Positions 55,162 to 63,965 of a stretch of 64,000 nucleotides of DNA are shown here, one piece after another. The stretch covers positions 1 through 64,000 of IMG/VR virus record IMGVR_UViG_3300046787_000099; one strand, given 5' to 3'. A program made the position numbers and the translations under genes. This DNA is from a virus. The notes beneath the pieces are model-generated. The model made no database searches and was not told the origin of the DNA. It worked only from the letters and a program-made list of their open reading frames with translations. Each line of letters begins with the position of its first letter. The first letter of the stretch is position 1.

Positions 55162-55270
55162 CCTACTTGTAGTTTAGTTAAATTGTCCTAAATATAAAAA
55201 TTAATTTCCGTATTTACCAAACTATTGTAACAGAATTAATTATATAGGTTAATCAAGTTAGTTATAAAAA

Positions 55271-55300
55271 AGAAAACTCCCAGGGGTTTATTCCTGGGAG
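55271..55300 (-). terminator. Intrinsic terminator
   Basis: CTCCCAGG/CCTGGGAG stem followed by TTTTCTTTTTT on the minus strand. Confidence 0.75.
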
Positions 55301-55336
55301 AAACCCTGTAAACCAACAAACAGGATTTTTTGTATC

Positions 55337-55993
55337 TTAAACTATCGTAATCTTTACAGTTTGATAGAATCCTGGAGCAACACCAGCACTACTCATAACC
55401 ATTTGGAAGCTAGAGAATGTGAAGTTTGGTGTACCAGGAGTGATAGTTTGAAGGACAGTTGTACCATCATAAGCAATTCTCTCAATCTTCTGAATAGTTT
55501 TACCAGCACCAGAAACAATTGTAGATCCTCCTAATTGATACGATAATGTATTAACTAAATCTAGATTGTATGATGTTGTGAAACTTCCATATCCACCTTG
55601 AGAATTCAACACTACTGTCGCATCACCTGAAGGAGTTACTTGGAATGCATAGTTATAATGAATTTCTGCAACTGTAGTTGTGGTTGTAGTTGTAGGAGTT
55701 GCTGTTGTAGTAGTACTAGTTGTTGTACTTGTACTTGTACTAGTTGTAGATGTTGTAGTTGTAGTTGATGTAATTACATTCAAATCTACATATGTCTGAC
55801 ATGTTCCAGGAGAGGATACACGAATAGTTGTTGTTCCATCAGGAACTACTGTACTAATATATCCTGCAACTAAAGAGGCTTTAGATACTCCCGTAGCAAA
55901 TGCAGTAGTGTAACCATCTGTATTTGAATACAAGTTAAATGTAGGACCAGTGTCCGCTCCTGCTAAAGTTAATGTTATTGATACTGTTATCAT
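55337..55993 (-). CDS. Putative virion decoration protein with poly-Thr linker
   Basis: Ig-like N-domain, ~35-aa Thr/Ser tract, beta-rich C-domain. Confidence 0.6.
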   Translation of the reverse strand: MITVSITLTLAGADTGPTFNLYSNTDGYTTAFATGVSKASLVAGYISTVVPDGTTTIRVSSPGTCQTYVDLNVITSTTTTTSTTSTSTSTTTSTTTTATPTTTTTTTVAEIHYNYAFQVTPSGDATVVLNSQGGYGSFTTSYNLDLVNTLSYQLGGSTIVSGAGKTIQKIERIAYDGTTVLQTITPGTPNFTFSSFQMVMSSAGVAPGFYQTVKITIV

Positions 55994-56004
55994 TTGGTTT
56001 AATA

Positions 56005-56355
56005 TTAACTAGTTGTGGTAGTAGTAGTTGTTGTTGGTGTTACAGTAGTTGTTGTTGTTGTCGTTGAACAACCATTTACTAATGCACAGAATCTAGCTTT
56101 CAATACAGGATCATTAGAAATAGCAGTTAGTATCTGATCAGCTTGATTATCTGGATCAAGGGTATTGTCAATCTTTTGAATAACAACATTTAGTATATCA
56201 GCATAGTTTACTCCTGTGTAAGGTAAGTTAGGTCCATTATAGTAGATTAAATCTGTTTTAATTGGATATCCTAAGAACCTGTCACTCAAGCAACCTGCTG
56301 GATACAATGTATATACATTAGGACCATTACATGGCATTCCTGGTAAACAAGACAT
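56005..56355 (-). CDS. Small Cys-containing virion protein with poly-Thr tail
   Basis: Likely start MSCLPG at 56355; YYNGPNLPYTGV..D.L motif; ends CSTTTTTTTVTPTTTTTTTTS. Confidence 0.6.
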   Translation of the reverse strand: MSCLPGMPCNGPNVYTLYPAGCLSDRFLGYPIKTDLIYYNGPNLPYTGVNYADILNVVIQKIDNTLDPDNQADQILTAISNDPVLKARFCALVNGCSTTTTTTTVTPTTTTTTTTS

Positions 56356-56366
56356 ATTGTTAAAAT

Positions 56367-57032
56367 TTAAACTGATGTGATAACTTGCCAAGCAGATCCT
56401 GTATACACATTAAGCTTAGAAGTTGTTGTATTAAAGATGATTAGACCAGTAGCAGGAGAAACCATTGCGTCTCTTTGACCTGTAGTCATGTTCTTAGCAG
56501 CAAGTCCTGGTAAGGATGCTTGATAAGAAGCAATAAGAGTGTTTAGATCTGCAAGCTTTACATAGTTAGTATCTACATCTAATGCTAATGCTTCAAGATC
56601 TGTTTCTGTTGCACAAACTTTGTTAATGATAGCTTGAACAACAAGGTGAGTATCAGAAGAATTCGTAACACCAGATAAACAATCTACATTATAATCAGCA
56701 TTCAATGTAGTGATGGCAGCAGCTACAGCAGTCACCTGAGTTTGTAAACTACATGCAGCTTTAACTAATGCAGTGAATAACTCAACAGCATTAGGAACTC
56801 TTCCCACAGGTAGATAACCTGTAACAAGAGCACAGTAGTCTCCTGAAGAAATTGTAATGTCAATACCTGTTCCGTTTAGGAATGATACAACATTTGAGAT
56901 GAGTGCTTCTTCTACAAGTAATAGATTATCACCATTAGAAATTCCTAATGGTACGCTATCTAACCCTGTATATCTAACACATTTGTCAGGTGTAATCTCA
57001 ACACACCCATTATAGCAATTTGTACAAGACAT
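56367..57032 (-). CDS. Cys-rich putative fibre/virion protein
   Basis: MSCTNCYNGC..CVRYTG; coiled coil; C-terminal MTT.QRDA..SPATGLIIFNTTTSKLNVY fibre-type motif. Confidence 0.6.
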   Translation of the reverse strand: MSCTNCYNGCVEITPDKCVRYTGLDSVPLGISNGDNLLLVEEALISNVVSFLNGTGIDITISSGDYCALVTGYLPVGRVPNAVELFTALVKAACSLQTQVTAVAAAITTLNADYNVDCLSGVTNSSDTHLVVQAIINKVCATETDLEALALDVDTNYVKLADLNTLIASYQASLPGLAAKNMTTGQRDAMVSPATGLIIFNTTTSKLNVYTGSAWQVITSV

Positions 57033-57039
57033 TTCTTTC

Positions 57040-57306
57040 TTATTTATGAATTAAAATTTTTACTCTACTAGCAATCATTGCAACTGTGAATGGTTTACAA
57101 TATTCAGGGTTACAAGCCTTGTAAGTCAAGACTTGTTTGTAATGTAATAAATCAGCAATCACCTGTCCTGGTATATAGTAATTTAAAGCAAATACAATAT
57201 TGTTAAATTGATGGTTAGCTAAGTCTGTTAGCTTGCAATCAATATCAGCTAGTAATACAGTTATACTAGAACAATCAATACAATTGGTCAGTCTCGGTGT
57301 TAACAT
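57040..57306 (-). CDS. Small virion protein (tail-hub-B-like by synteny)
   Basis: 88 aa, Cys-containing; position in the structural block. Confidence 0.45.
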   Translation of the reverse strand: MLTPRLTNCIDCSSITVLLADIDCKLTDLANHQFNNIVFALNYYIPGQVIADLLHYKQVLTYKACNPEYCKPFTVAMIASRVKILIHK

Positions 57307-57312
57307 TTCTTA

Positions 57313-57426
57313 TTATTTATTTACAATTGCTTCTTGTTGAACAGCATAGTTGCATGCTGAACAATAGCCATTTACTAATTGACATCCGCAACCAACCTTT
57401 ACTTGACATCTTTTACAATTTGCCAT
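57313..57426 (-). CDS. 37-aa Cys-rich peptide (possible zinc finger)
   Basis: Manual translation MANCKRCQVKVGCGCQLVNGYCSACNYAVQQEAIVNK; fills the gap between neighbours almost exactly. Confidence 0.6.
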   Translation of the reverse strand: MANCKRCQVKVGCGCQLVNGYCSACNYAVQQEAIVNK

Positions 57427-57430
57427 AATC

Positions 57431-57997
57431 TTATCTGAAGTTATTAATGTAATTATTTCCAGAACATCCGCAGTTATTGCTGATGAAATTGTTCAACATG
57501 TTATTAGCTTGAACATAAAGTTTATTAGCTGTATCTACAGCACAGTTATTAGCAGCTGCAATAGATCCTTGAATCATATACCAGATACTATTCAAATCCA
57601 CCTTAGCTTGTGTCTTAATAGCCATATCACATTCCATCATGTCAAGCTTCATGAAAGCATTGTCAAACTTTTCTTGAATCTGCTCAATACGCATGATAGT
57701 CTTCTCTACATAGTTCTCGTATGCAGGAGCAACTGAATATCTCAAATAGTATACACCATCAGGTAGAGGTAAATATGGATCACCCACTTCACTCAACCCT
57801 AATGTTGCTGAGTTAAATACATTGAAATCTTGTACTGTGAACGGTATAGCAACAGGATCGAAACCAGGCATTGTGATTTCAATAGTTGGAGAAGTAACTA
57901 CAGGAGGTTCTGTTGGATAGGTTGATATATCAGCAATACCTAATGTAAAGGTATTGTATGTGTTAATCACTAATATATCTAATTTTAAAGTTGGCAT
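57431..57997 (-). CDS. Virion protein (tail-hub-A-like by synteny)
   Basis: Likely start MPTLKLD at 57997; LPDGVY.LRYSV, C-terminal CGC. Confidence 0.55.
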   Translation of the reverse strand: MPTLKLDILVINTYNTFTLGIADISTYPTEPPVVTSPTIEITMPGFDPVAIPFTVQDFNVFNSATLGLSEVGDPYLPLPDGVYYLRYSVAPAYENYVEKTIMRIEQIQEKFDNAFMKLDMMECDMAIKTQAKVDLNSIWYMIQGSIAAANNCAVDTANKLYVQANNMLNNFISNNCGCSGNNYINNFR

Positions 57998-58014
57998 ATC
58001 GTTATAAAATAATA

Positions 58015-58055
58015 ATGCCAGAGGATTTGAGAATAATCCTCTCACCCTCTGGCAT
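58015..58055 (-). terminator. Hairpin/terminator after the 381-aa structural gene
   Basis: ATGCCAGAGG / CCTCTGGCAT 10-bp stem followed by an AT-rich tract on the minus strand. Confidence 0.6.
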
Positions 58056-58080
58056 AGGTTATATGATTCTTACCTTCTGA

Positions 58081-59226
58081 TTAAGGGATCAACGTTGTTG
58101 TTGTTGAAGTAGAAGGCCAAGTAGTAGTTGTAGTACTTGTTGTAGAAGTAATTGGACCACTTTCATCAGATACTGTTCCTAAAGCTGCTTCTAAGATATC
58201 TTGGATATCTAATGCTAAGTTTTGAGGAGTAGCGATGATTACAGTTGAATCTTCTTTGATATAGTCACCCCACTGATAAGCAGATTTGTCATAATCATTG
58301 AACTTGATGTAATACGTATCATAAGTAGTACCATCAGTTACCCAAGATTCAAAGTTCTCATTGTACCCAACCATACGGTATAAGTGCTTTAAGTAACCAG
58401 CTTGGTAGCTATAGAAGTTTTTCTCTAATTGCTTGATCTCATCAGATGTACCAGAAACATAAGAAGAACGTTGAGTTACCTCAGCAGTAGCAACCATGTT
58501 ACAAGAATCTGCAACGATGAAGTCAGCAGTTGTAGCAGGACCAGCATACACGAAAGTACGGAACCACATACGGTCATACTCCCAAGGGAATGCAGCAACA
58601 TCACAAGGTTGACCATACTTAGTTAATGGCTTACCAGTGATACGTAAGATTGCGTTTTGATTGTTACCAATACGTTGGAATTGGTAGAAATCAGAGAAAG
58701 TGATGTTGTCAGGGTTGTTACCTGGAGCTTGCTCATTAAACTTAATGATAAATTGATCAATCAAGTTTGGAACATCAACATCAGCACAAGGATCTCCACC
58801 ACAAGCTAAACACTCACCTTTAACAGTCACTGAACGAGTGAAACCGTTGAAGTATAATGTGTTTAAGTAAGAAGAGAACGCACGTAATGTAATAGTTACA
58901 TCAGTACCAGGAGTCACTGTAAAGTCAGTAACATCAGTTACTTGGTTAGCAGCTACTGGATTTCCAGTTACTTTGTACCACTCAGTTACGTTAGAACCGT
59001 TAGAAGCAATCTTGTCAGAACGCTTAGATCCTTGTAAGTAAGTGTTTGTACGACCTTGAGCAACATAGAAGTAAGGACGAGCAGTAATGTTACTATCTGT
59101 TGCTACAGTGTAATCACTACGGAAGATACCAAACTTGCCTGCTGTCAAATTTTGTGTAGAACCAGTGCTAGGTAATGTGTTGCCTACTGGAACTACAAAC
59201 AGGGTGGTTAATGAGAAATCAGCCAT
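58081..59226 (-). CDS. Auxiliary capsid protein-like structural protein with Thr/Ser tail
   Basis: 381 aa; third gene after the MCP, followed by a terminator as expected for an abundant protein; ends TSTTSTTTTTWPSTSTTTTLIP. Confidence 0.55.
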   Translation of the reverse strand: MADFSLTTLFVVPVGNTLPSTGSTQNLTAGKFGIFRSDYTVATDSNITARPYFYVAQGRTNTYLQGSKRSDKIASNGSNVTEWYKVTGNPVAANQVTDVTDFTVTPGTDVTITLRAFSSYLNTLYFNGFTRSVTVKGECLACGGDPCADVDVPNLIDQFIIKFNEQAPGNNPDNITFSDFYQFQRIGNNQNAILRITGKPLTKYGQPCDVAAFPWEYDRMWFRTFVYAGPATTADFIVADSCNMVATAEVTQRSSYVSGTSDEIKQLEKNFYSYQAGYLKHLYRMVGYNENFESWVTDGTTYDTYYIKFNDYDKSAYQWGDYIKEDSTVIIATPQNLALDIQDILEAALGTVSDESGPITSTTSTTTTTWPSTSTTTTLIP

Positions 59227-59251
59227 TTGTTATATTAATTAAATTGTTTAC

Positions 59252-59983
59252 TTATTCATTTGTCTTGATTCTGTATATCGAGCTCTCAACCGCTGATTGA
59301 TTCTCTGTATACATTGCAAGATTTTGTACGGTCAAGTCTAGGATCTCATCTTCTAGATAAGTTTCAAGTTCACAGTCTTGATCATACGATGGTTCTCCAT
59401 CTAACATAATGTACCCAGTTTTATTAATATACTGCGGATATCTCATGTATGAGATGTAGATTTTACTTGGTGTGAAGGTTCCATCAGTGAAGATGGAGAT
59501 CTCGTCTGAGGAGATGAAATTGAAGGTTTCCTGATACTCGAATGATGGTCTGTAGTGAGTGTTGTTTAAACAAAACTGCAAATCACCATGTTTAGCAAGA
59601 TCACGATTAATCCAAATCTTTCTGTCCTTACACAATCCCTTACTGGCAATTACGTAACTATCTACGTAAAACATGTACTTAGGTTCAAGTTGATGAACAT
59701 AGGCACTCCATTGATTTAACTCAGCATTCTTCAAAGCTAGTGGTAACTCACCATCATTGTAATTTACCACTAGGCTTTGCAGGTCTTCATATCGTTTCTT
59801 AAAGGCATCTAAGCCAAGACCTGATATTGTATTCTGACCATCTATTTTCTGCTTTATTAACTTTATCTGAGCTTCATTGAGAGCTAAGATTTTGTCTTCT
59901 AACTGAATCTGTTGATGCTCGTTTGCTGATAGCTTATTTAGTCTTTGGTCAATCTTATATAATAAACTATCTACGGGGATCAT
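59252..59983 (-). CDS. Tail ring protein (crAss-like conserved gene after the MCP)
   Basis: LNEAQ..KR.EDLQ.LV..Y.RYP..DCEL...EILD motif pattern. Confidence 0.65.
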   Translation of the reverse strand: MIPVDSLLYKIDQRLNKLSANEHQQIQLEDKILALNEAQIKLIKQKIDGQNTISGLGLDAFKKRYEDLQSLVVNYNDGELPLALKNAELNQWSAYVHQLEPKYMFYVDSYVIASKGLCKDRKIWINRDLAKHGDLQFCLNNTHYRPSFEYQETFNFISSDEISIFTDGTFTPSKIYISYMRYPQYINKTGYIMLDGEPSYDQDCELETYLEDEILDLTVQNLAMYTENQSAVESSIYRIKTNE

Positions 59984-60948
59984 ACAGCGGCTAGTTTTTT
60001 CGTTTTAAGTTTCTGCTCTAAGATCAGTAAATCATCTTGGTGATCTTCATCAATCAAGAACTTAACTAATTCTTCCTCATCTACTGCAACTTCGAATTCA
60101 CCTTGATAAACTTTACCATTAGGTTTGATTCTATAAATAGAATGAGTAATTGCTTGTTTTACTAAATCTTTTACATGAAGTAGGTTCTCTTGCATATCTG
60201 CAAATCGACCAAACACTTCGATTGTTGAAAGACCTTGATACTTACCATCCTTGAACTCAGTCTGCTTTAAGATGTTGTCCACTAGGTTATATACTACTTG
60301 GTCTTTAGTTTCTTCTGATACAGGTAAGCCTAGTAAACGAGCAACTTTACGTTTCTTCTCAGGAGTCATTGAATCAAACTTGCCAATAGCTTTGTTGATC
60401 AATTGTTTCTTCTTGAAGATAATTGCACTTTCAATCTCATCATCTACTACATAGAACTGTGTATCTGCTGGATATTCACCACGCTCCCAAGCTTGATAGC
60501 TAGAAGCAATTGTTGGATGAACTCGTAACCAAGCAAAAGCTAACTCTTGCATTGGATTAGTAAAGTCAAAGTAGTTATCACCATCTAGCAACTTAACTGC
60601 TTGTACGTGTAACATATCATCATTTCCTTGAGACAAACCATAATTCCAGAACTTAGAACGAGGACCTAAATCCACATCACCTAACGCAGATTCTAATCTA
60701 GCACGTAAATTAGTTACACGTTCGATCTCAAGTTCTCTTTCTGTTTGATCACCAATACGCTGAATGTATGCAGCATTTGGATTTAATCCTGTACGATACT
60801 GACCATCAAGCTCCTTGTAAGGATACTTAAACACTCCTGTACCAGGAATACGTGTCAAACCTTTTTGTGCAAGACCACCTTGCATTGTTTGCATTTGAGA
60901 GTTACTATACTCTTTCTTAATAGTAGAGATTTTTCCTATCTTACCCAT
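59980..60948 (-). CDS. Conserved crAss-like protein immediately downstream of the MCP
   Basis: 322 aa; S.FW, D..NP..L...L..HP.IA pattern; synteny. Confidence 0.6.
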   Translation of the reverse strand: MGKIGKISTIKKEYSNSQMQTMQGGLAQKGLTRIPGTGVFKYPYKELDGQYRTGLNPNAAYIQRIGDQTERELEIERVTNLRARLESALGDVDLGPRSKFWNYGLSQGNDDMLHVQAVKLLDGDNYFDFTNPMQELAFAWLRVHPTIASSYQAWERGEYPADTQFYVVDDEIESAIIFKKKQLINKAIGKFDSMTPEKKRKVARLLGLPVSEETKDQVVYNLVDNILKQTEFKDGKYQGLSTIEVFGRFADMQENLLHVKDLVKQAITHSIYRIKPNGKVYQGEFEVAVDEEELVKFLIDEDHQDDLLILEQKLKTKKLAAV

Positions 60949-60973
60949 ATGTAGTTTAAATTTAATTTGGTTT

Positions 60974-61032
60974 GCAGAGTGCTATCCATCGAAGGAATAG
61001 CGACCAGGGACACCCCAATCCAAGCACTCTGT
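60974..61032 (-). ncRNA. Candidate structured RNA element (three-way junction) in a 5' leader
   Basis: P1 CAGAGU/ACUCUG; P2 GAUUGGGG/CCCUGGUC; P3 GCUA-UCC/GGA-UAGC; GC-rich in an AT-rich genome. Confidence 0.4.
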
Positions 61033-61039
61033 ATTCAAG

Positions 61040-61075
61040 AAATAGCTCCCCCTGAGGAGGGAGGGTGGGGGAGCT
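61040..61075 (-). terminator. Terminator-like hairpin after the MCP
   Basis: AGCTCCCCC / GGGGGAGCT 9-bp stem followed by ATTTCTT. Confidence 0.7.
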
Positions 61076-61127
61076 TCTCTCTTGTAGCCTGCTGATTAGC
61101 AAGCATTTAGGCATGGAGCCTAGTATA

Positions 61128-62681
61128 TTAGAATTGAGGGATTTCTTCGATCAAGACTGTACGAGACAAGTCTTCAATGAACACATCACAACGATCCTTC
61201 ATCCAGATTTCGTATCCTGGGAATTTGTTCGCAGAACTCATACCTTGAGACTTAGCAAAGCCTAAGTGGTGACGAGTACCATCGATATAACCCCAAGTCA
61301 TTGAAGGAGCACCCTTCATACGTACCTCACGGATGTTATTAATCATAGAACCATCAGACATTGGAGAAACGTCAAACACCATGAATACTGGAGTTGATTT
61401 CTTGTTCTGTCCGAATTCTAAGTTAGTTTGAGGAAGGTCTAATTCTTTTAAGTGAATTAACTCAACACGACCAGTCTCACGAGTAACCATTGCATCGAAT
61501 GCAAAGTTGTAAGTGATGTGTTGTCCTTCTCCTTGCATGTAACGATTACCTGAATCAGCCATGAAAGTCAAACCTGAATTCAATGCATCGTTTTTCAAAG
61601 CTTGTTGGAACACGTCAAAACCAGCTTCGTTAGTGTACATTTTAACACGACGATCCTTAACATCCACACGACGATAGAATAAGTCACCAAATACTGAACG
61701 AATCAAGTTAGCAGTGAATTCTCCACGGTTGTATTGTACTAAGTTACCATTGTTACGCATACGGTGGTAAACACCAGCAGATGTACGCTTTAATTCTTGC
61801 TTAGAACCATTAGTCTTCACAGTACCAGGCTTAGCCCAGATCATACGCTTAACTTTCAATTCTAACATAGACTTACGCATCCAGAACTCAACAAATGGCT
61901 CCCACTTAACATCATTACGAGTTAAAGGTAACTGGTTGCGACGTTGTGGAGCATATACTAAGATATCTAATGGTGAGCCATCAGCATTAACCATCATCTT
62001 ATCATCAGCCCATTCAGTGATCTTGTGCTCATAACCATATGCAGAACCTAATGATTCAAACATTGTGATTTGCTCACCTAAACGAGGAAGACCTAATAAG
62101 TCTTGATCGAATTCACCAATAGCAGCATCAACTAATTCTAACTCAATACCAGTCTGTAAGAATACAGGTGATACGAAGTCTACAATTGGGTTATCACTGA
62201 TTAAAGTAACAGTGTATAAGTAACCTGCATTCCAAGGTTGTGGATCTTTAACCACATAGAAGCGAGGACCATACTGACGAGTACCTACAGAGATGATAGC
62301 ATTCTTAGAGAATTCGTTAGTATCTACAATGATTTGAAATTCTTGACCATCGATACCTGGTTTCTCTAATGCAAGAGTAGTATCAGGGATGTCAATAATT
62401 TTAGGGAATTTGTAAGGAACCTGTACTTGCCACTTCCATGCATCACTATTGTTGTCAATGTAGTAAGGTGTTGACTTGTTGATCATGTCCAAGAAGTCAT
62501 TGCTGTACAATGAGCTCTGAGTGTACAGAGAGATAATCTTCTTATCGTAGTCTGCTGGCTCAGTTGAGTGAAAGCTTTCCAAGTGGTTTGAATCAGTTAA
62601 CTTACCAACTGCACGCTTGTCCATAGACGCAACGCGAGCATAAGTAAAACCAGTTAAACCTGGGATTGTTTGAATTGCCAT
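61128..62681 (-). CDS. Major capsid protein (crAss-like)
   Basis: 517 aa; LTDSNHL, WKWQV, TNEAG..F, YIDG, GYEI.....C.VFIED.SR pattern; strongly biased codon usage; lies between the scaffold-like gene and a terminator. Confidence 0.88.
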   Translation of the reverse strand: MAIQTIPGLTGFTYARVASMDKRAVGKLTDSNHLESFHSTEPADYDKKIISLYTQSSLYSNDFLDMINKSTPYYIDNNSDAWKWQVQVPYKFPKIIDIPDTTLALEKPGIDGQEFQIIVDTNEFSKNAIISVGTRQYGPRFYVVKDPQPWNAGYLYTVTLISDNPIVDFVSPVFLQTGIELELVDAAIGEFDQDLLGLPRLGEQITMFESLGSAYGYEHKITEWADDKMMVNADGSPLDILVYAPQRRNQLPLTRNDVKWEPFVEFWMRKSMLELKVKRMIWAKPGTVKTNGSKQELKRTSAGVYHRMRNNGNLVQYNRGEFTANLIRSVFGDLFYRRVDVKDRRVKMYTNEAGFDVFQQALKNDALNSGLTFMADSGNRYMQGEGQHITYNFAFDAMVTRETGRVELIHLKELDLPQTNLEFGQNKKSTPVFMVFDVSPMSDGSMINNIREVRMKGAPSMTWGYIDGTRHHLGFAKSQGMSSANKFPGYEIWMKDRCDVFIEDLSRTVLIEEIPQF

Positions 62682-62717
62682 TTTTGTTTATGTTTAATTT
62701 ACTAATTTATTATTGTT

Positions 62718-63965
62718 TTATGCAAACCAAGATGAAGGACTAGTACCACCTTTAGATTTTACTGAGCTCTTGGATGCTTGTCTAGCAACTTCACCAAATA
62801 ACTCATTTGACTTCTTAGAGATTCCTGACTTCTGAATGGTTGATAATGTAGGATCTTTTTCAAGGATCTTCAATAGAAGACCAACCTTCACCTTTAACGC
62901 ATGGTTCTCAGGACGCTTTAAGTCAAGAATGGTACGATCAAAATCTGTTAATGTTTCTCCAGATGGTGTCTTCCACTTCTCAGCCAAAAGAAAATCTTGT
63001 AGTTCTGTAGCTAGTTTAGGGTTAAGAGGGATGCCATCAAACTCCTTGCTTTTAATCTTCTCTTGCAATACAGAATTAACATTTTGTTGATACTGTTGCT
63101 TGATTGCAGCTTGTTGTTGTAATTGAGCAGCTCTATCCTGTTCTAATTTCTGAAGCTTTGTAGCTTCTTTCTTTATTAACACTTTATGATGTTTAGTAGC
63201 AACGTTTTCTAAATCACCATAGTTCTTCAGTCTTTCAACCTCAGAGGTTATATCTTCAGGATCAAATCCTTGATCTTCTAAAGCTTGTTTAATCACTGCT
63301 ATCTGGTTTGATTCTTGAGATAAGTCCATCTCAGAGAAGTTCTCAATAGCATTATATGTGCTGAAATAGTCTTTAGGATTAACCCCATTAACAAAGATAG
63401 ATTGGAAAGCATTTTGGTAATCTTCACCAAACTGTCCAATGAAGTTGTTTACAACATCAATAGCACCTTTCTTCTTCTCTGCTTCGAAACGTTCTAAGAA
63501 CTCTTCTGGTGTAGAGATGGCAATATCTTCTTCATCTTCATCCTTAGTGAATACACCAAGTTTGAACAAGTCATTAGATAAAGCAGCAAATTGAGTTGCA
63601 GCAGGAGCTTCTTCCTCATCATCATCTGTTGCATCAGCTTTCGCAGCAGCAGCAACTGGAGCATCGTCCTCATCCTCCTCTGTATCATCGTCATATAAGA
63701 AGTCAGTGATAGATTTCTTATCATCTTCTTTCTTATCATCTGCAGGAGCATCATTCTCAGTTGAAGCAGCTTGTGCTTTCTTCTTAGATGGTGCTGGAGC
63801 AGCAGGCTCAGGATCTGGAGTATTGATATCTTGAATATCATCAGGGTTCACTGTAGATGTGTCAGGGCCTAATAAGTCACTTAGTAACTCTTGACTGCCC
63901 ATTCCTTCCATAGTACTCTGAATACTGAAGTTCCCAAAATCTGGGGTTTCTAAATTATCAGCCAT
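62718..63965 (-). CDS. Acidic scaffold-like protein upstream of the MCP
   Basis: Asp/Glu-rich disordered N-terminus followed by a coiled coil; synteny. Confidence 0.65.
   Translation of the reverse strand: MADNLETPDFGNFSIQSTMEGMGSQELLSDLLGPDTSTVNPDDIQDINTPDPEPAAPAPSKKKAQAASTENDAPADDKKEDDKKSITDFLYDDDTEEDEDDAPVAAAAKADATDDDEEEAPAATQFAALSNDLFKLGVFTKDEDEEDIAISTPEEFLERFEAEKKKGAIDVVNNFIGQFGEDYQNAFQSIFVNGVNPKDYFSTYNAIENFSEMDLSQESNQIAVIKQALEDQGFDPEDITSEVERLKNYGDLENVATKHHKVLIKKEATKLQKLEQDRAAQLQQQAAIKQQYQQNVNSVLQEKIKSKEFDGIPLNPKLATELQDFLLAEKWKTPSGETLTDFDRTILDLKRPENHALKVKVGLLLKILEKDPTLSTIQKSGISKKSNELFGEVARQASKSSVKSKGGTSPSSWFA

Noticed and set aside
57998-58045. Extended N-termini given by the ORF track (also 8706, 12929, 15677, 56391)
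   Set aside because: They overlap terminators, promoters or upstream genes; downstream ATGs fit better
60974-61127. tRNA gene
   Set aside because: No cloverleaf with T-loop GTTC or D-loop consensus
22593-63841. Numerous short plus-strand ORFs antisense to structural genes
   Set aside because: Fully nested opposite long coherent CDSs, with no motifs or independent signals
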